Shown piece after piece: positions 39,043 to 51,400 of a DNA stretch of 64,000 bases. Numbering within the stretch: the first letter of the stretch is position 1; each line of letters begins with the position of its first letter. The stretch is taken from contig CM052817.1 in the NCBI GenBank assembly GCA_028534125.1, positions 58,530,001 through 58,594,000 on the forward strand, read 5' to 3'. The DNA is from Lama glama. Lineage: Eukaryota. The translations under genes were made by a program, and so were the position numbers. The notes under the pieces are model-generated. The model had not been told where the DNA came from. It made no database searches and was given only the letters and a program-made list of their open reading frames with translations.

Positions 39043-39529
39043 TAAGAACAGTATTTTATTCATTTAGTTATCCTGAATCATCCCAACAAAATCTACTTGT
39101 CCCTATTTGAGTTGATACAATTTAATTTCTGAAACTTACAAACTGCTAACTGAGTCCTGATTTCTCCTGTGGGATTCAGTCTGAAGGAATGAGCTAGTTT
39201 ATATCTTTGTTATAGCCAAGTAATTTGGGTTACTTTGGGGTTTGGTCACAGCTTTGATTTAGTGACAAAGCAATGAAGTAATGAGTAATGACTAGGACTG
39301 ATCACAAAATCAGAGTGGGGCTAAAAGCAAAGCTAACTCAACACTGAGCCAGACATTTGTTGGAATATTGTTGCTCTCAACTATCTTTGATTATTGATAT
39401 CAGGCAGCAAGAGAGTTTTAGTTATGATTTGAAAAAAATCTCTGTGATTTTAAGAAGGTGAACTTCAACCAGAGCTTTTGTTTACCTTGTGAATCTGTAC
39501 TAAAGGTCTTTTGAAGTAGAGAATACATG

Positions 39530-39738
39530 GTGAGACAGTGTTTGTAATAGCAAAAGAGTGGGGATGCAGCACTGGTTAACTTTATTATGATATATCCATA
39601 AAGTGAAATATTTTACAGCCATATAAAAGAATGAGGAAACGTGTTACATACAAATACATGGTAATTTGAAAAGGCCAGTTGAAGAACACATTATCCTGTA
39701 TGTATGGAAGAAAAAAATGACTATATATGTGTATATGT

Positions 39739-39771
<33 letters not shown>

Positions 39772-39960
39772 TGTGTGTGTTTCTATTATATACATAAAAT
39801 ATCTGTAGAAGGTTATGCAATAAATTGGTAAGATTTGTGACTTCTGGGTGGCTGAGGACTAGAAGTGGAAGAGAAATCTTTTCCTGGGAAAAGATATTGT
39901 GCCTTTTGAATTTTGAACTTTATGAATGTGTTACTAGTCAAAAGTAAATTTAAATATATA
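39530..39960 (+). mobile_element. Old L1ME-like 3' end containing a (TA)n microsatellite at about 39722-39780
   Basis: gtttgtaatagcaaaa...tattatgatatatccata...cagccatataaaagaatgagg...tgccttttgaattttgaac. Confidence 0.65.
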
Positions 39961-41454
39961 TTTAAATGTATGTAATACCTATATATAATTTAAAAGGGAT
40001 AAGTAAATACAGTCTTACATTTTCTTATATCGAGGAGTTTTTTAACCAAATCTCATGAAGCTGCAAATTCAAAAAAAATATATAATCTGAGCCCCTCAAA
40101 ATTTAGAAATTAATTTAATAATTAATTCCAAATTTTAGATTATATAACTTGCAACTTCCCAAGCATATTGGTTAAATCTTAGGCATATTGGTTTTTGAAA
40201 ACTATTTGCCCATGTAGAACTAGGTTATGAATATGTCAAAAATGCCTTTTGGACTCAGTTTCTTTCTCTCCATTTCTTGTATTGACTCTACATTGGGTTT
40301 GTTTCTAGGGATGTCCCATCTACTTGGTGGCCTCTGTCAGTTCAGATAGAAACACATTCTCTGACCTTAGCAGCATGAGCTGAATGAAAGCATCTTTTTA
40401 TCAAAATTCCAACACAGTTCCCAGATTTGAGCATCATTGACTCTTGTGCATTTTGGTGTCCAATGGGAAAGGTCGGCTAGGCCCTGGTTAAAAGCTCACA
40501 ACTATTTCAAGGACATTGGATCAGCACTACTCAAAACAAATGGGATTGAGAGTCTAGGAGAAATCACTCCCCAAAGGAAAATTCAAATGTTAACAGAGTG
40601 AAATGAATTGGATGTTGGAGGCAAAAACACCAGATATCAACTACAAGAATGTATTACAAAGAAAAACACCTTGCATTTTCATTCAGAGACAACGTGCCAG
40701 ATAGAGAAACCTTACTCAAATTGGTAAGGTTGCTGAGCTTGGAAAGAGCTAGTTCTGATTTAGATTTTGCACTCAATTTGATGTTGCTCTCATTTTGGTT
40801 TACTGCCAAGACAATAAACAAATAAGCATGGGAAATGTACTCCTTAAGGAATGAAGTGGGTAGAATCAACTTTCCCATGGTTAACTGGTTCCTCACAAAG
40901 GTGTGCTTGAAATTCAGTGGTCAGCACCCTGGACTGGAGGAGCCCAGGGCTGTTGGCTCATTGTCATCTATAGGATGTACCTGATGAAGGACACATATAG
41001 TGCTCAAAAGTCTATCCACTAATACGTAAAGAATGTATTTCTGTGCCATAGTTAGATGCTCTGCATTTCCTTCCTTACTAACTTTTTGGGACAAAAATGT
41101 CCAGTGGGACAAATGATGGCAAAATTTAAAATCGCCATGTCTAATAAAAGGAAAACATTTTCAAGAAAAGTAGCCCATTAATACTATAGAAATCTAAATT
41201 ATCCCAAATTCTTTATCAGTAATAACACACTGAGTATTAAAACAGCAACACGCTGTATAACTTGTGGTGTCTATTTTTTACCTAATTTTAGAACTATGAG
41301 AATGCATACTCAAATTACATTTACCACATTTGGATGACCATGTAAGTTTATTAGACCTCAAGAATTACTTTCTACCACACTTTTTAATCTAACAGCTTAA
41401 ACAATTTAAATACTTCACTTACATTAAAATCTGTTTATGTACTCAACATATATG

Positions 41455-41605
41455 AGCCAAATGATCATGTTTCACTTCAAAAAATCCTTACAAGTGAATT
41501 TTAATTCTATAGGGCAGATCCATTAATTATGCTTTCAGAGGAGATATAATAAATGGATCTGTACTGTAGAATTATGGCATTCAGCAAATATTAATAATGC
41601 AAACT
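41455..41605. repeat. Ancient palindromic repeat, Eulor5-like, with 29-bp inverted arms
   Basis: Inverted repeat seen directly (41502-41530 / 41546-41574). The arms and flanks (aaatccttaca, taattctatagggcagatcc, ggatctgtactgtagaatta, ttcagcaaata) resemble my recollection of the Eulor5A consensus. Confidence 0.7.
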
Positions 41606-41954
41606 CACTCTACCGAACACCTTATAAGTACCCGAACTAATAGATCATTTTACATAGCTGTAGCTTTCCTTCCACATTCCCCTACGGAACGGGGAAGTAT
41701 GCAAAACAATTTAACATCAGCTTTTTGGTGAGATCTTCATAGGGGATTAAAGATTCTTTGGTGGAGAGGTTATGCATCCCATTAAGATGATCTCTCAAAA
41801 TTTATTTCTATGAAAGTTTTAATAGCTTGGAAAGCTTACAAATGAAAGTTTAGTTATGAAAGCTTAGTTATGAAAACTTAGAAACTATGAGTATATTGAC
41901 AGTCATGTATTATAATCCTGAAAAGCCTGGTTCTATTGCTAATAAAGAATATTT

Positions 41955-42955
41955 TTAAATAAACTTTTTAATTTGAAATAGTTTCAGATTTAGAGAAAAG
42001 TTGCGCAGACAGTACAGAGAACTCTCATAAACCCCTCATCCGGTCTCCTCTATTGTTATCACCCTCCCTCAGCAGAATCCACTTATCACAACCAAGACCC
42101 CTTATTGGTACATTACTATTGACTAAACTCAGCAGTTTATTCACATATCACCAGTTTTCCCTAATGTCCTTTTTGCTGTCTGAGGGTTTTATCCAAGATG
42201 CCACTTAGTCATCATATTTCCATAGCGACATAATCTGTAACAGTTCTCAGTCTTTCCTTGTCCTTGAGGACCTTGACTTTGGTCAGATTTTTCCAGAATG
42301 CCCTTCAATTTGAGTTTGTCCAGTATTTTTCTCATGACTGGACCGAAGTCATTGGCTTTGGGAGAAAGACCACAGAGGTAAAGTACTCCTCTCATCATAT
42401 TATATCATATTGTCTGCAGGATATCAACTTTGATCACTTGTTTGAGCTATTGTTTGCCAAGCTTCTCTACTGTGAAGTTACCTCTCACCCCTTTTCATAC
42501 TCTACTTTTTGGAAGCAAGTCACTAAACACATCCTAGGGGTGTGGATGTGATGTTAAGTCCCACCTCTTAAAGAGTTGCAGTATCTACATAAATTATTTG
42601 GATTATTTCTGTAAGAGAGAATTGTCTCTTCTCCCCAGTTATTTATTTATTCAGTTGCTTATTTATTTATACATGATTTTATGATTTTTTTTGTTTTATG
42701 CTTTGAATCATACTCCAGTACTGTGTTATTTATTTTATTGCTCAGATTGCTCCAGCTTTGGCACTCAGGAGCTCTCTCACATTGGCTCTTGTGTCCCTTG
42801 GGCACACCCCTTCCTTTTATCTTTCAAACACTTTTGAGCACTTCCTTACTTTCTGGCACGAGATATACATTCCTTGCCTCATCCCAGAAGTCAGCTGTTT
42901 CTCCAAGGAGCCCTAGTTCCTTTATTAGAAGAAATCCAAATTCTAGGCATTGGGC
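41955..42955 (-). mobile_element. L1MC-type 3' end
   Basis: ttttaatttgaaatagtttcagatttagagaaaagttgc...agtacagagaactctcata...gggagaaagaccacagaggtaaagt...tctccaaggagccctagttcc. Confidence 0.85.
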
Positions 42956-44659
42956 TTTAATAAAGAATATTTTATTTAATAAAATTGACATATTTTCCCC
43001 CAAATCAGAGGGGAAATAAAATATAATTTATAGACTAAAAATATTTTGAATACTTGTAAAAATTCTCTCATTTTCATAAATAAAAAGTAACTCCCTAATT
43101 CATGAATTAATGAAAAAGTATTTCAAAGCTGAATTTTAATTTTGATTCTTATGTGATTACACAAATGGCTGATTGCAGATTTTATACTCAAAGCATCAAC
43201 TGTATTAAGTGCTAGATTATTTGTGAATCCGTTGAGAGTTCTTTATCTCATTGTATCAAAAGAAAGAACAATACTGTGTTTCTCAAAGCTATTACAATGA
43301 GTTCATACTTGTATTTATCAATAATACATATAATATTAGAAGCTGAGAGAAGATGTGACATTCAGGTTTCAACAGTGGTTTAGTAAGTATTAATAGTGTC
43401 TCATACTCTTCAGTTTCCCTATTTCTTTGGTGACAAGTGTATTGAGTGTCAGAATCCTCAGGTGTATACTTTGGCCATCGACAGTTGAGCAGTGTCAATT
43501 GAATGTGATTACATTTTCTAACTAAACATTGTAAGCATTATTTATAGTAAGACATAGTATTCCATTTTCCCAAATTTAACCTGGGAAAATTTTTCAGTAA
43601 TGAAACAAAAATATTTTCTTCCATGCTCATTATTTATTGGGGAAAGACCACCTATTATGATTTGCAAATCCTTAACTGTTCATTTTCTGGATTTATAAGA
43701 AATAAGCTTAACTGTATACTTATTTTTTTCTCAGCAATAACTTGTAGTAATTATGACGTCAATGTTGATAGTCAGAGTAGGCACTAAATTGGTAGTCAAA
43801 GTTGGTACCAGGGCACTTGAGACTGAAGAATTCACTGAGGTCAGTTATCTGCAATTTCCAGCTTCTTAAAAATTGTCCCTGAGTATTCATATACATTTTT
43901 ATGACCCATCTCATAGGAGCCAAGAAAAGCTCTATTCAGCCTCCCACCACTGTCTCCTCTAGTGTGGTGTCCTTTTCACTGAAATCTGTCGATCCTCTTC
44001 ACCAATATTGTGTGGCAGCTCTTCATATGCCAAAATGACATGGTGTTTGCAGACCATCTCTATGTGCTTAAATCCTTTTTTATTCCACTGAGAAATTTGA
44101 ACAGGAGGGGACTGTTCCTCTTGTTCCTCAGAATTTTATTTTAAAAAGCTCTTTTTATTTCTACTTGTGCCCTCTTTCTCCTCAGAGATGAATCAACAGT
44201 AAGAGAAAGAGTCTCTGAGATGGAGACACATTGCTCTTCTTGGCATTACTGTTCTCCTCTCCACTTAAAGCTGGCTTTCTCTCCTGCTGCCATCCATTTG
44301 TCCAGGAAGTTCCATAAGCAATCACTGTCAGGAGAATCTTGTATATTAATTTTAAGTTTCCAGCACTTTAGCAAAGACTTCCTCTCCTCCAGCAACACAC
44401 TCACAAGCAGATAATAGCTTGAAATTTTGGTTTATTCAAATTAAAGTATGGTTAAGCCACCAGTAACTGTTAGATTCCCATCTCATGTGTGAGACTGGCT
44501 AAAATCTGAGGTTACTTGCTTAAATACAAAGTAATCTTCATGAAAATCCTTATACTAGAACATGTACAGTACAAATATTAAGATTATTTAATGTTCATTA
44601 AACACAAGGAAATTGCAACAACATTTTCAAAGAATAGAATCCTAACTGCTGTGTTTTTG

Positions 44660-45150
44660 GCCATCGTGTATTGATCTGAAGGTTGATAGAAGAAAACATA
44701 AGTGAAAATCTTTAAGAACTTGAAGCAGGACAGAATTTCTCAGGTGAAGCACCAAAAGCATAAACCATAAAAAACAAACAAATATAAGACAATTAAGTTG
44801 GAAGGCTTTGGTTCTTTTGAAGACACTGCTAAGACAATGAAGAGATAAACCACAAACTGGGTGAAAATATTCAGAATAAATACATATGACAGAGGATTTG
44901 TATCCGTATAACCCAATGAAAAAGAAAAGTACACAAAGTATTTGAACAGACACTTCACAAAACAGTATGTACTTACTAATCATCAATAGTGAGAGAACAT
45001 TTTGAGGGGTGAGAATGGTCTGTCTATACCTTGGTTTTGATGGTAGCTATACTTGTGGGTACATTTGTCAAAACTCATCTAACTGTACATTTTTAAAAGT
45101 TACATTTTAGTATAGGTATATTATACTTCAACACAGTTGATTTAAAGAAA
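44660..45150 (+). mobile_element. Old L1M ORF2-3'/3'UTR fragments
   Basis: agaagaaaacataagtgaaaatcttt...caccaaaagcataaaccataaaa...ttgaacagacacttcacaaaa; catttgtcaaaactcat. Confidence 0.75.
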
Positions 45151-47676
45151 AAGAGGATGAAGGTGATGGATGAGATAGTTTGCAAATGTAGGGAAATTTT
45201 ATTCTAAAAAACAGCAACAAAGCAAGTAGTTTCTTCAAAGCTAGATGAATAGAGAATTCTGAAGAGCAATATGCATGAGAAGAGATATTCATCAGAATAT
45301 CTCTGGTCTGCTCAGAAGTAAGTATTTGTCCAGATTTTGGTGTTTAACTTAAAGATTATACTTAATGTTAAACTTAATTTGGAAAAAAATAAAAGAGATC
45401 TTAGCATACATGAGATAGAAGTAGAAAGGGGGAAAGTCTACCCAAATAGCATTTTAAGCATATTATTTAATCACCCTAATGTTGGAATGAAGCAGGCATT
45501 TACTGGACTTAGAACCAGAAAGCCAAGTTTAAAGACACTCAGATAATCAGAATTAGGACTGGCATTTTATAATCTGTCATTCCTTGTGTTGGGATGATTT
45601 ACGTCTTTTACAGAATAGCTTTTCGATATTCTCATGGGATTGACTGGCACATTATTGTGAACCTAACATTTCTTAAGTCTCTGAAATACATTAAAAGCAA
45701 ATGAAGCCATAATTCTGACAAAATAATTTATGAAGACAGTTATGAAAAAACACATACCGTTAGCTTTAAAAAAAATCAAATGTAACTTAAGAGTACTTTG
45801 TTAATTTGTATTTAGATGTACAGTTGAGTCAGTATTGCTGTCATTGAACGAAAGGGTAAATGAATTAAAATATGAAGCATGGATAAGATTTGTGTCTGAA
45901 AGATTTACTATAGTATTTTATCTATACTGGTGAATAAATGAAACGACTCCTAAATAACATATCACTGAAACACAAATGGGAAAACAATAAGCTACAAATT
46001 AAGGTATCTTTTTCTTATTTTTTGCTATATTATTCTCAACTAGATAATTAAGAGCAGTTTATCAGATATTGTCATATAAGATTGATTTGGTTTTTAAAAA
46101 CACTTTTCTCAAGATTTCCTAAGAGCAATAGAATTAAAGTGTCACACTGTAAGATTGATTTGAAAGTTAAAGCTAAAACAAAGTTTTCTCTAAGATGACA
46201 TTCAAAGAATCAAGGTTATATGATGCAAATTTTAGCCTGCTTTTCATGGTGCTTAGAATTGACACGTTTATTTCTGGGACTTTGTGGGAGACCTCAACCC
46301 TAAAAGAAGTTAACCATGAAGCTTTATTTTGAGCTCCTCTTCTTATGAAAGTTAAAAACCCTTCATCTGATCCAGTCTTCTAAAATTTCACAACTGAATG
46401 CCATCTCTGTCTTTTGAACAAATGATTTTTAAGGACACAATACTTTAAAATGCTATGTAAAATATCAGTACTTTAGGAAAATATCAGATAAGTCAACTGC
46501 ATATGAACTGTATTCTTATCACTTGCTCAGTTTTTCATGAAAAATCTAATGATGAAAGAAACAGCTCAAGGGTCTTGGTTTTCTATTCCTGTAAAAATAT
46601 TGCACTCATTTCTTATGTTAGAATCCTGAAGTGAATTCATTCTTAAGAAAACCTCTTTGTTTCTACATTACATCATATAATCAGATAGTAAAAGTCAGAA
46701 ATTCAGAATATTTCCTGATTTTGATCTAATAAATGGCCAAGAAGCTCTCAATACATTTAGAATTTAGTCAGTAACTAACTCACCTCAGGTATCTGGTGCA
46801 TGTATTTTCCTGTTTCCTTTAGTAAATTATTGTTCAGTTTTTATCTAATTTCCTCCTTTAGCCATTTAACTCAATGTGCAGGCTTATGTCAATTTCTAAA
46901 GTAGGTACATGTTATATTAAAAATTATACTGTGTTTATAGTTCATATCCGTTGTTTCTGGACTAGACAGTCAGAATTAATCCTACTTTAATGAATATTTA
47001 AAATGTGTCCAGTTCGTTGTTCATCTGAATAAAATGAACTGAAAATAATCTTTGACTAGAAAGAGACTAAGGATTTGTAGCAGTTGCAGTATCTATTCTT
47101 TGAATATGTTCTTTTGTTGGAATTTAAGTCAGTCAAAGTTATCTGTCTACTTATTCCCTTATCTCAATCAAAGTTAATTCATGTTTGTACTTTAATCTTT
47201 ACTGCAAATTTGTGTCCATGTACATTTGGAAACCAAGCTGAAAAAATTTAGGTGTGCATTTTTTTCCCCAATGTTTTACTTGCTTATATACTTAAATGGA
47301 AGAATTCCTCTGAGAGAATGAGTTAAGAACATAGTAAAATAAGTTCTATTGCTACCTATTATCAGAATCTTTTTCTTGCCTTTAGGAAAAATAATGAAAA
47401 GCTTCTAACCAACATCTCTTTATTTAGGCTAATCACTTATTTAAGAAGTTTTAATTCATCATATTTTTAAAGGACTAGAAGAACGTTAGCAACATTCCAG
47501 TAATTCTCTTATATTTGTGTGAATCTTTTGTCCTTACATTTTTGCTTAGCTGAATGTAATAAGAAAATTTCTCAAGAGCTATGAATACGGGAATTTTTAA
47601 AATTTAATATTTCTTTGTTTTGTAATTGTAAATTAATGGCAGATTTGCTTTTCATGATGAATAAAAACTGGGCACA

Positions 47677-47860
47677 TAAAAATAGATAAAAAAATTTCTT
47701 CTGTATAGCACGGAGAACTATATTCAGTATCTTGTAATAATAACTTTTAATGAAAAAGAATATGAAAATGAATATATATATATACATATGCATGACTGAG
47801 ACATTATGCTGTACACCAGAAATTAATACATAGTAACTGACTATATGTCAATTAAAAAAA
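47677..47860 (+). mobile_element. 5'-truncated L1 3' end
   Basis: Homologous to 362-603; TSD AAAAACTGG(GC/AT)ACA at 47663-47676 and 47861-47874. Confidence 0.9.
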
Positions 47861-47996
47861 AAAAACTGGATACAATGATTTAAATCTCCATAAAAGGAAA
47901 AAGTGAATAACATATTTGAAAATCAGCCTGAAATTTATTGAAAAACCAACATAGTGAATTATTACACATAGGTTAATTATCAAAAAAGGTAAAAAT

Positions 47997-48107
47997 TATT
48001 AAAAAATTTAAAAATGAATATATGCCTACTCATATATGACTGAAGAATTGTGCTGTATACCAGAAATTGACACAACACTGTAAACTGACTATACCTCAAA
48101 AAAAAAT
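47997..48107 (+). mobile_element. 5'-truncated L1 3' end
   Basis: tgactgaagaattgtgctgtataccagaaattgacacaac; perfect TSD AAAAAAGGTAAAAAT at 47982-47996 and 48108-48122. Confidence 0.9.
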
Positions 48108-48416
48108 AAAAAAGGTAAAAATATAAGCTAAGCAAATATAATACTAAACGTCATCCTAACATAAGATACAATTATTATATTTAATAACATGTACATGAAA
48201 TGCAAATGTAGAAGTGATAATTTGACTAATTTCTTGATAATTATTTCTTAATAGAGAATGATTCATTATATAATAATAATTTGAATTTTTCTATACCTGT
48301 ATTTCACTTGTGTATTTGTTTTTTATTTTAACAAGAAGAATTAAATTCTAAGTTAGGAATAATAAAAATGACTACAAAAAAAGGACTTTTTTAATTCAAT
48401 TTTGTTTTTCTTGTAG

Positions 48417-48494
48417 AGTGCAGATATGAGCCCAGCTAGTAGCACTGCTTCACTTCCTGTTAGTCCTCTTACAGAAGAACCATCGCCTTTCAAG
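48417..48494 (+). CDS. CCSER1: Internal coding exon (78 bp, phase 0-0) of CCSER1/FAM190A, coiled-coil serine-rich protein 1; peptide SADMSPASSTASLPVSPLTEEPSPFK
   Basis: Polypyrimidine tract and acceptor (ttttgtttttcttgtag, ending 48416), 26 open codons, donor AAG|gtaaaa at 48495. The peptide matches my recollection of human CCSER1 (SADMSPASSTTSLPVSPLTEEPVPFK, probably exon 7). An isolated exon in huge introns fits this gene. Too short for the supplied ORF track. Confidence 0.9.
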
Positions 48495-51400
48495 GTAAAA
48501 TATAAACAAAAAAACTTTAAAATAATTGTTTATAATATTTTAGTATCTTTAAAAATACTTATTTTTCTATAGTGAAATAGTTTATGCATAAATGCTAAGG
48601 TTAATTGCTTTACTCTTTAAGGATCTTATTTTAAACGTAAAAATTTTATTATTGTTTTGCTCTTTTGTCATTCTAGTTGCTAAATAAAGGTAAAGCTTTG
48701 GGTAGGAAATAATAGTTTAAGTAACACATTGTTAGCCTTGCATGGAAGAGACAGTGATTTCAACATAGTAGTTTGATGTCACATGAATTATAGGTTTCAG
48801 ATCTTTTATTTATATTAATTTAAGCAATGAGTATGGCATCAAGTCATTATATTTTCATTAGCTGGTTAAATTTTCATTGATGACTCTAGGTCATTATTAA
48901 TTAATTGTGTATTCTTTACAAAATAATGGTCAAAATCACGAATTGAAATATGAAATAATTCCTCCAAGCATTGATTTTTTAAAATATTTTAGAAAATATG
49001 CAAATAAGTGTTTAAGTAGTATGATTAATAGAATTCTTCAGTTTGGGAGGCTATGTATATTACAAATATGAAATCATATTAACTAACATATTTACCTTGT
49101 TTTGCTATTTAAGATTAGATGTTTCTCTTTAAGCCAGAACTTGTAGATTTGCTATTTTATATTTGTAACCGGGATGTTTGGATTTCTCTAAGATTATTGT
49201 AAATAAAGGCACTCTTTAAAATCATGAGATAGAAAAAAACCTTGGAAAGTTGGAATGGTGCAATTTACTGATATGCAGTAGTTTCAGTTAGGTTGATTTA
49301 AAGACAGGTAAATACACATTTTGGGGTTCATTATGAGGATTTGTATTTTATCATAAAATTGTTATTATTTTTCATATGAAGACTAAATCTTATTCAACTT
49401 CGTATTACCTATACATAGTTCAGTGGCTGGCATGGATTTCCATATATTCAATATTTGCTGTATTGAATAAAATGAAAATAATAGAAGGTTATAAATTCCA
49501 CTTTAGTTTTCTAATTATAGATGTTTTGTCGCATAATGATAGACAGTAATAATTGTTAAAGCCTTATTTTATATTAGAGAATTATTAAATACTAAATAGT
49601 ATTCTGATTACATTATTTATTGATAAATGTTTTATCATTCTACAGGAAAAGGAGAAAATAATGTTTTTCAAAGTTTAGTATTCCTTAATATTTCATCTTA
49701 TGGTATGTGGAACAAAATTTACAGAAGAATTATATTTTTAACAAGTTTTTAATTGAATTATTAAAGTGTCACTAGAAACCACTTTCTCTGTTTAATATAT
49801 TGATTATGACTACCCTCCTTGAAAATTAATGTATTTTTTAATGGAGGTTAAAGGAAAGGTCAGATATATTCTAAAATCTGCTGATATAATGCTAATATAA
49901 ATATAATTATTTTAGTTTCTCAGACTGGTTCTAAGATATCAATAGTGTGCCTGTGTTAATGTGTATAAGTGGTTTTATATGCAATTAAAACTTCCAAGTG
50001 CTTATAATAGATAATATTGGCTTTTGGTAACCAATATAGTTACCGAACCTCTTAATTTACTTCTTCTGTGAGAAGAATACTATTTATATTTTTTCCAAAC
50101 AATTTTATCAGTTGTAAAACATCTCACTAGTATTTAAAAGAATCTAAAATCAAAGTTTCAAATTATGAAATGAATCACCTGCACTTGCTTCTTTTATCTT
50201 TAGTTTATAAACTGTTATCATTAAATATGTAATAGAATTCTTACTTATCCTTATATAAACCCAAACATACAGAAACTATTTTGAGAGACACACTTAGCAG
50301 TATAGTACATTTTAATTGCAAAAAATGTGTCTGAAAGTAAAACACACAGAGATATTAAAGTTTTCTGATACCCATACCCTGAAAAATCCTAATTACTGTA
50401 ATTCATTTGTATCTAAAATTTTATTGAAAATTTTGATATTTGACCAACATGGTAAATAGAAAAAAACGGAATATCTTTTTTTCTCATTCCCCAAGAATGT
50501 GGCATGATTTTTTGTGTTAAAATAAGATTAATTATCTTTAACTCTTTAGGTTTTCTTTTCTAAAACAGTGATTCTAAAACCCAACTTCATAACCACCTAC
50601 CCTAGTATTAAAGAAGTAAGACCTTTGAAAGAAAAGTTTTGGTGGCTGATTAAGAGACTTAATTATACCTTTTCTCCTGGGAAGTAATTAGGTTAATAAA
50701 AGAAAGTATTCCACCCCTTTTCTTGGTCTGTTTTGGAAGCACCCATTCAATAGTTGGAGGGAGATACCCTGTTTTGGCTCAAGTGTGAATTAAGGTAAAT
50801 GCTTTCCTTTAAATATTATCTTTAGAATGACATTGAGATTAAATTAACTTTAACCATACCATTTGACATAATGACAAATGGTATGCTATATATTTAAAAC
50901 ATTTTTAATAATTACCTCCCCACTAATATCTCTACCTATATTATTGACTCGAATGTTAGATGAGAAATTGGCTAACAGTAGGAATGTACCATAGTAGGAT
51001 CTATTAAATTAAATGTAGAAGAAAACTGAGTAGCATCCTGGAGACCTTTCCAAGGAGTCAAGAGAGGTAGGTTAAGCTTTGAGATACACGAATCAAAGAT
51101 GACAGTTAAATTTTGTTTGGGATCAGATGCTTCTTTTTCTCAAAAAGACACTATTTTTCAACACTATTAGTATTGGAGCACATAGTTCAACTTAATTTAT
51201 AAACAAAAACAGATCTGTTCTGAAAGATAGTCCAGGCCCACGTACTTACTCACAACTCTATTCTCTTTACAGAGCAGATCACCTCAGGCTAAACTTCTTG
51301 CACTTACCGTTTAAAACCCATTGCTGTAGTGTTTTGTTTGGCTTAGCTAGTCATTCAAAAATGAGGGTATTTCTCGCAAAAGTCCATCTAGTCTTCCCTT

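Noticed and set aside
39948..39967. 20-bp perfect palindrome ATTTAAATATATATTTAAAT
   Set aside because: AT-only low-complexity sequence at an old L1 tail
41843..41890. Degenerate ~14-bp tandem unit (ATGAAAGCTTAGTT, about 3 copies)
   Set aside because: Short local slippage duplication with no spacers or other structure
43754..43761. Perfect CRE palindrome TGACGTCA
   Set aside because: A single 8-mer in 64 kb with no promoter context is plausibly chance
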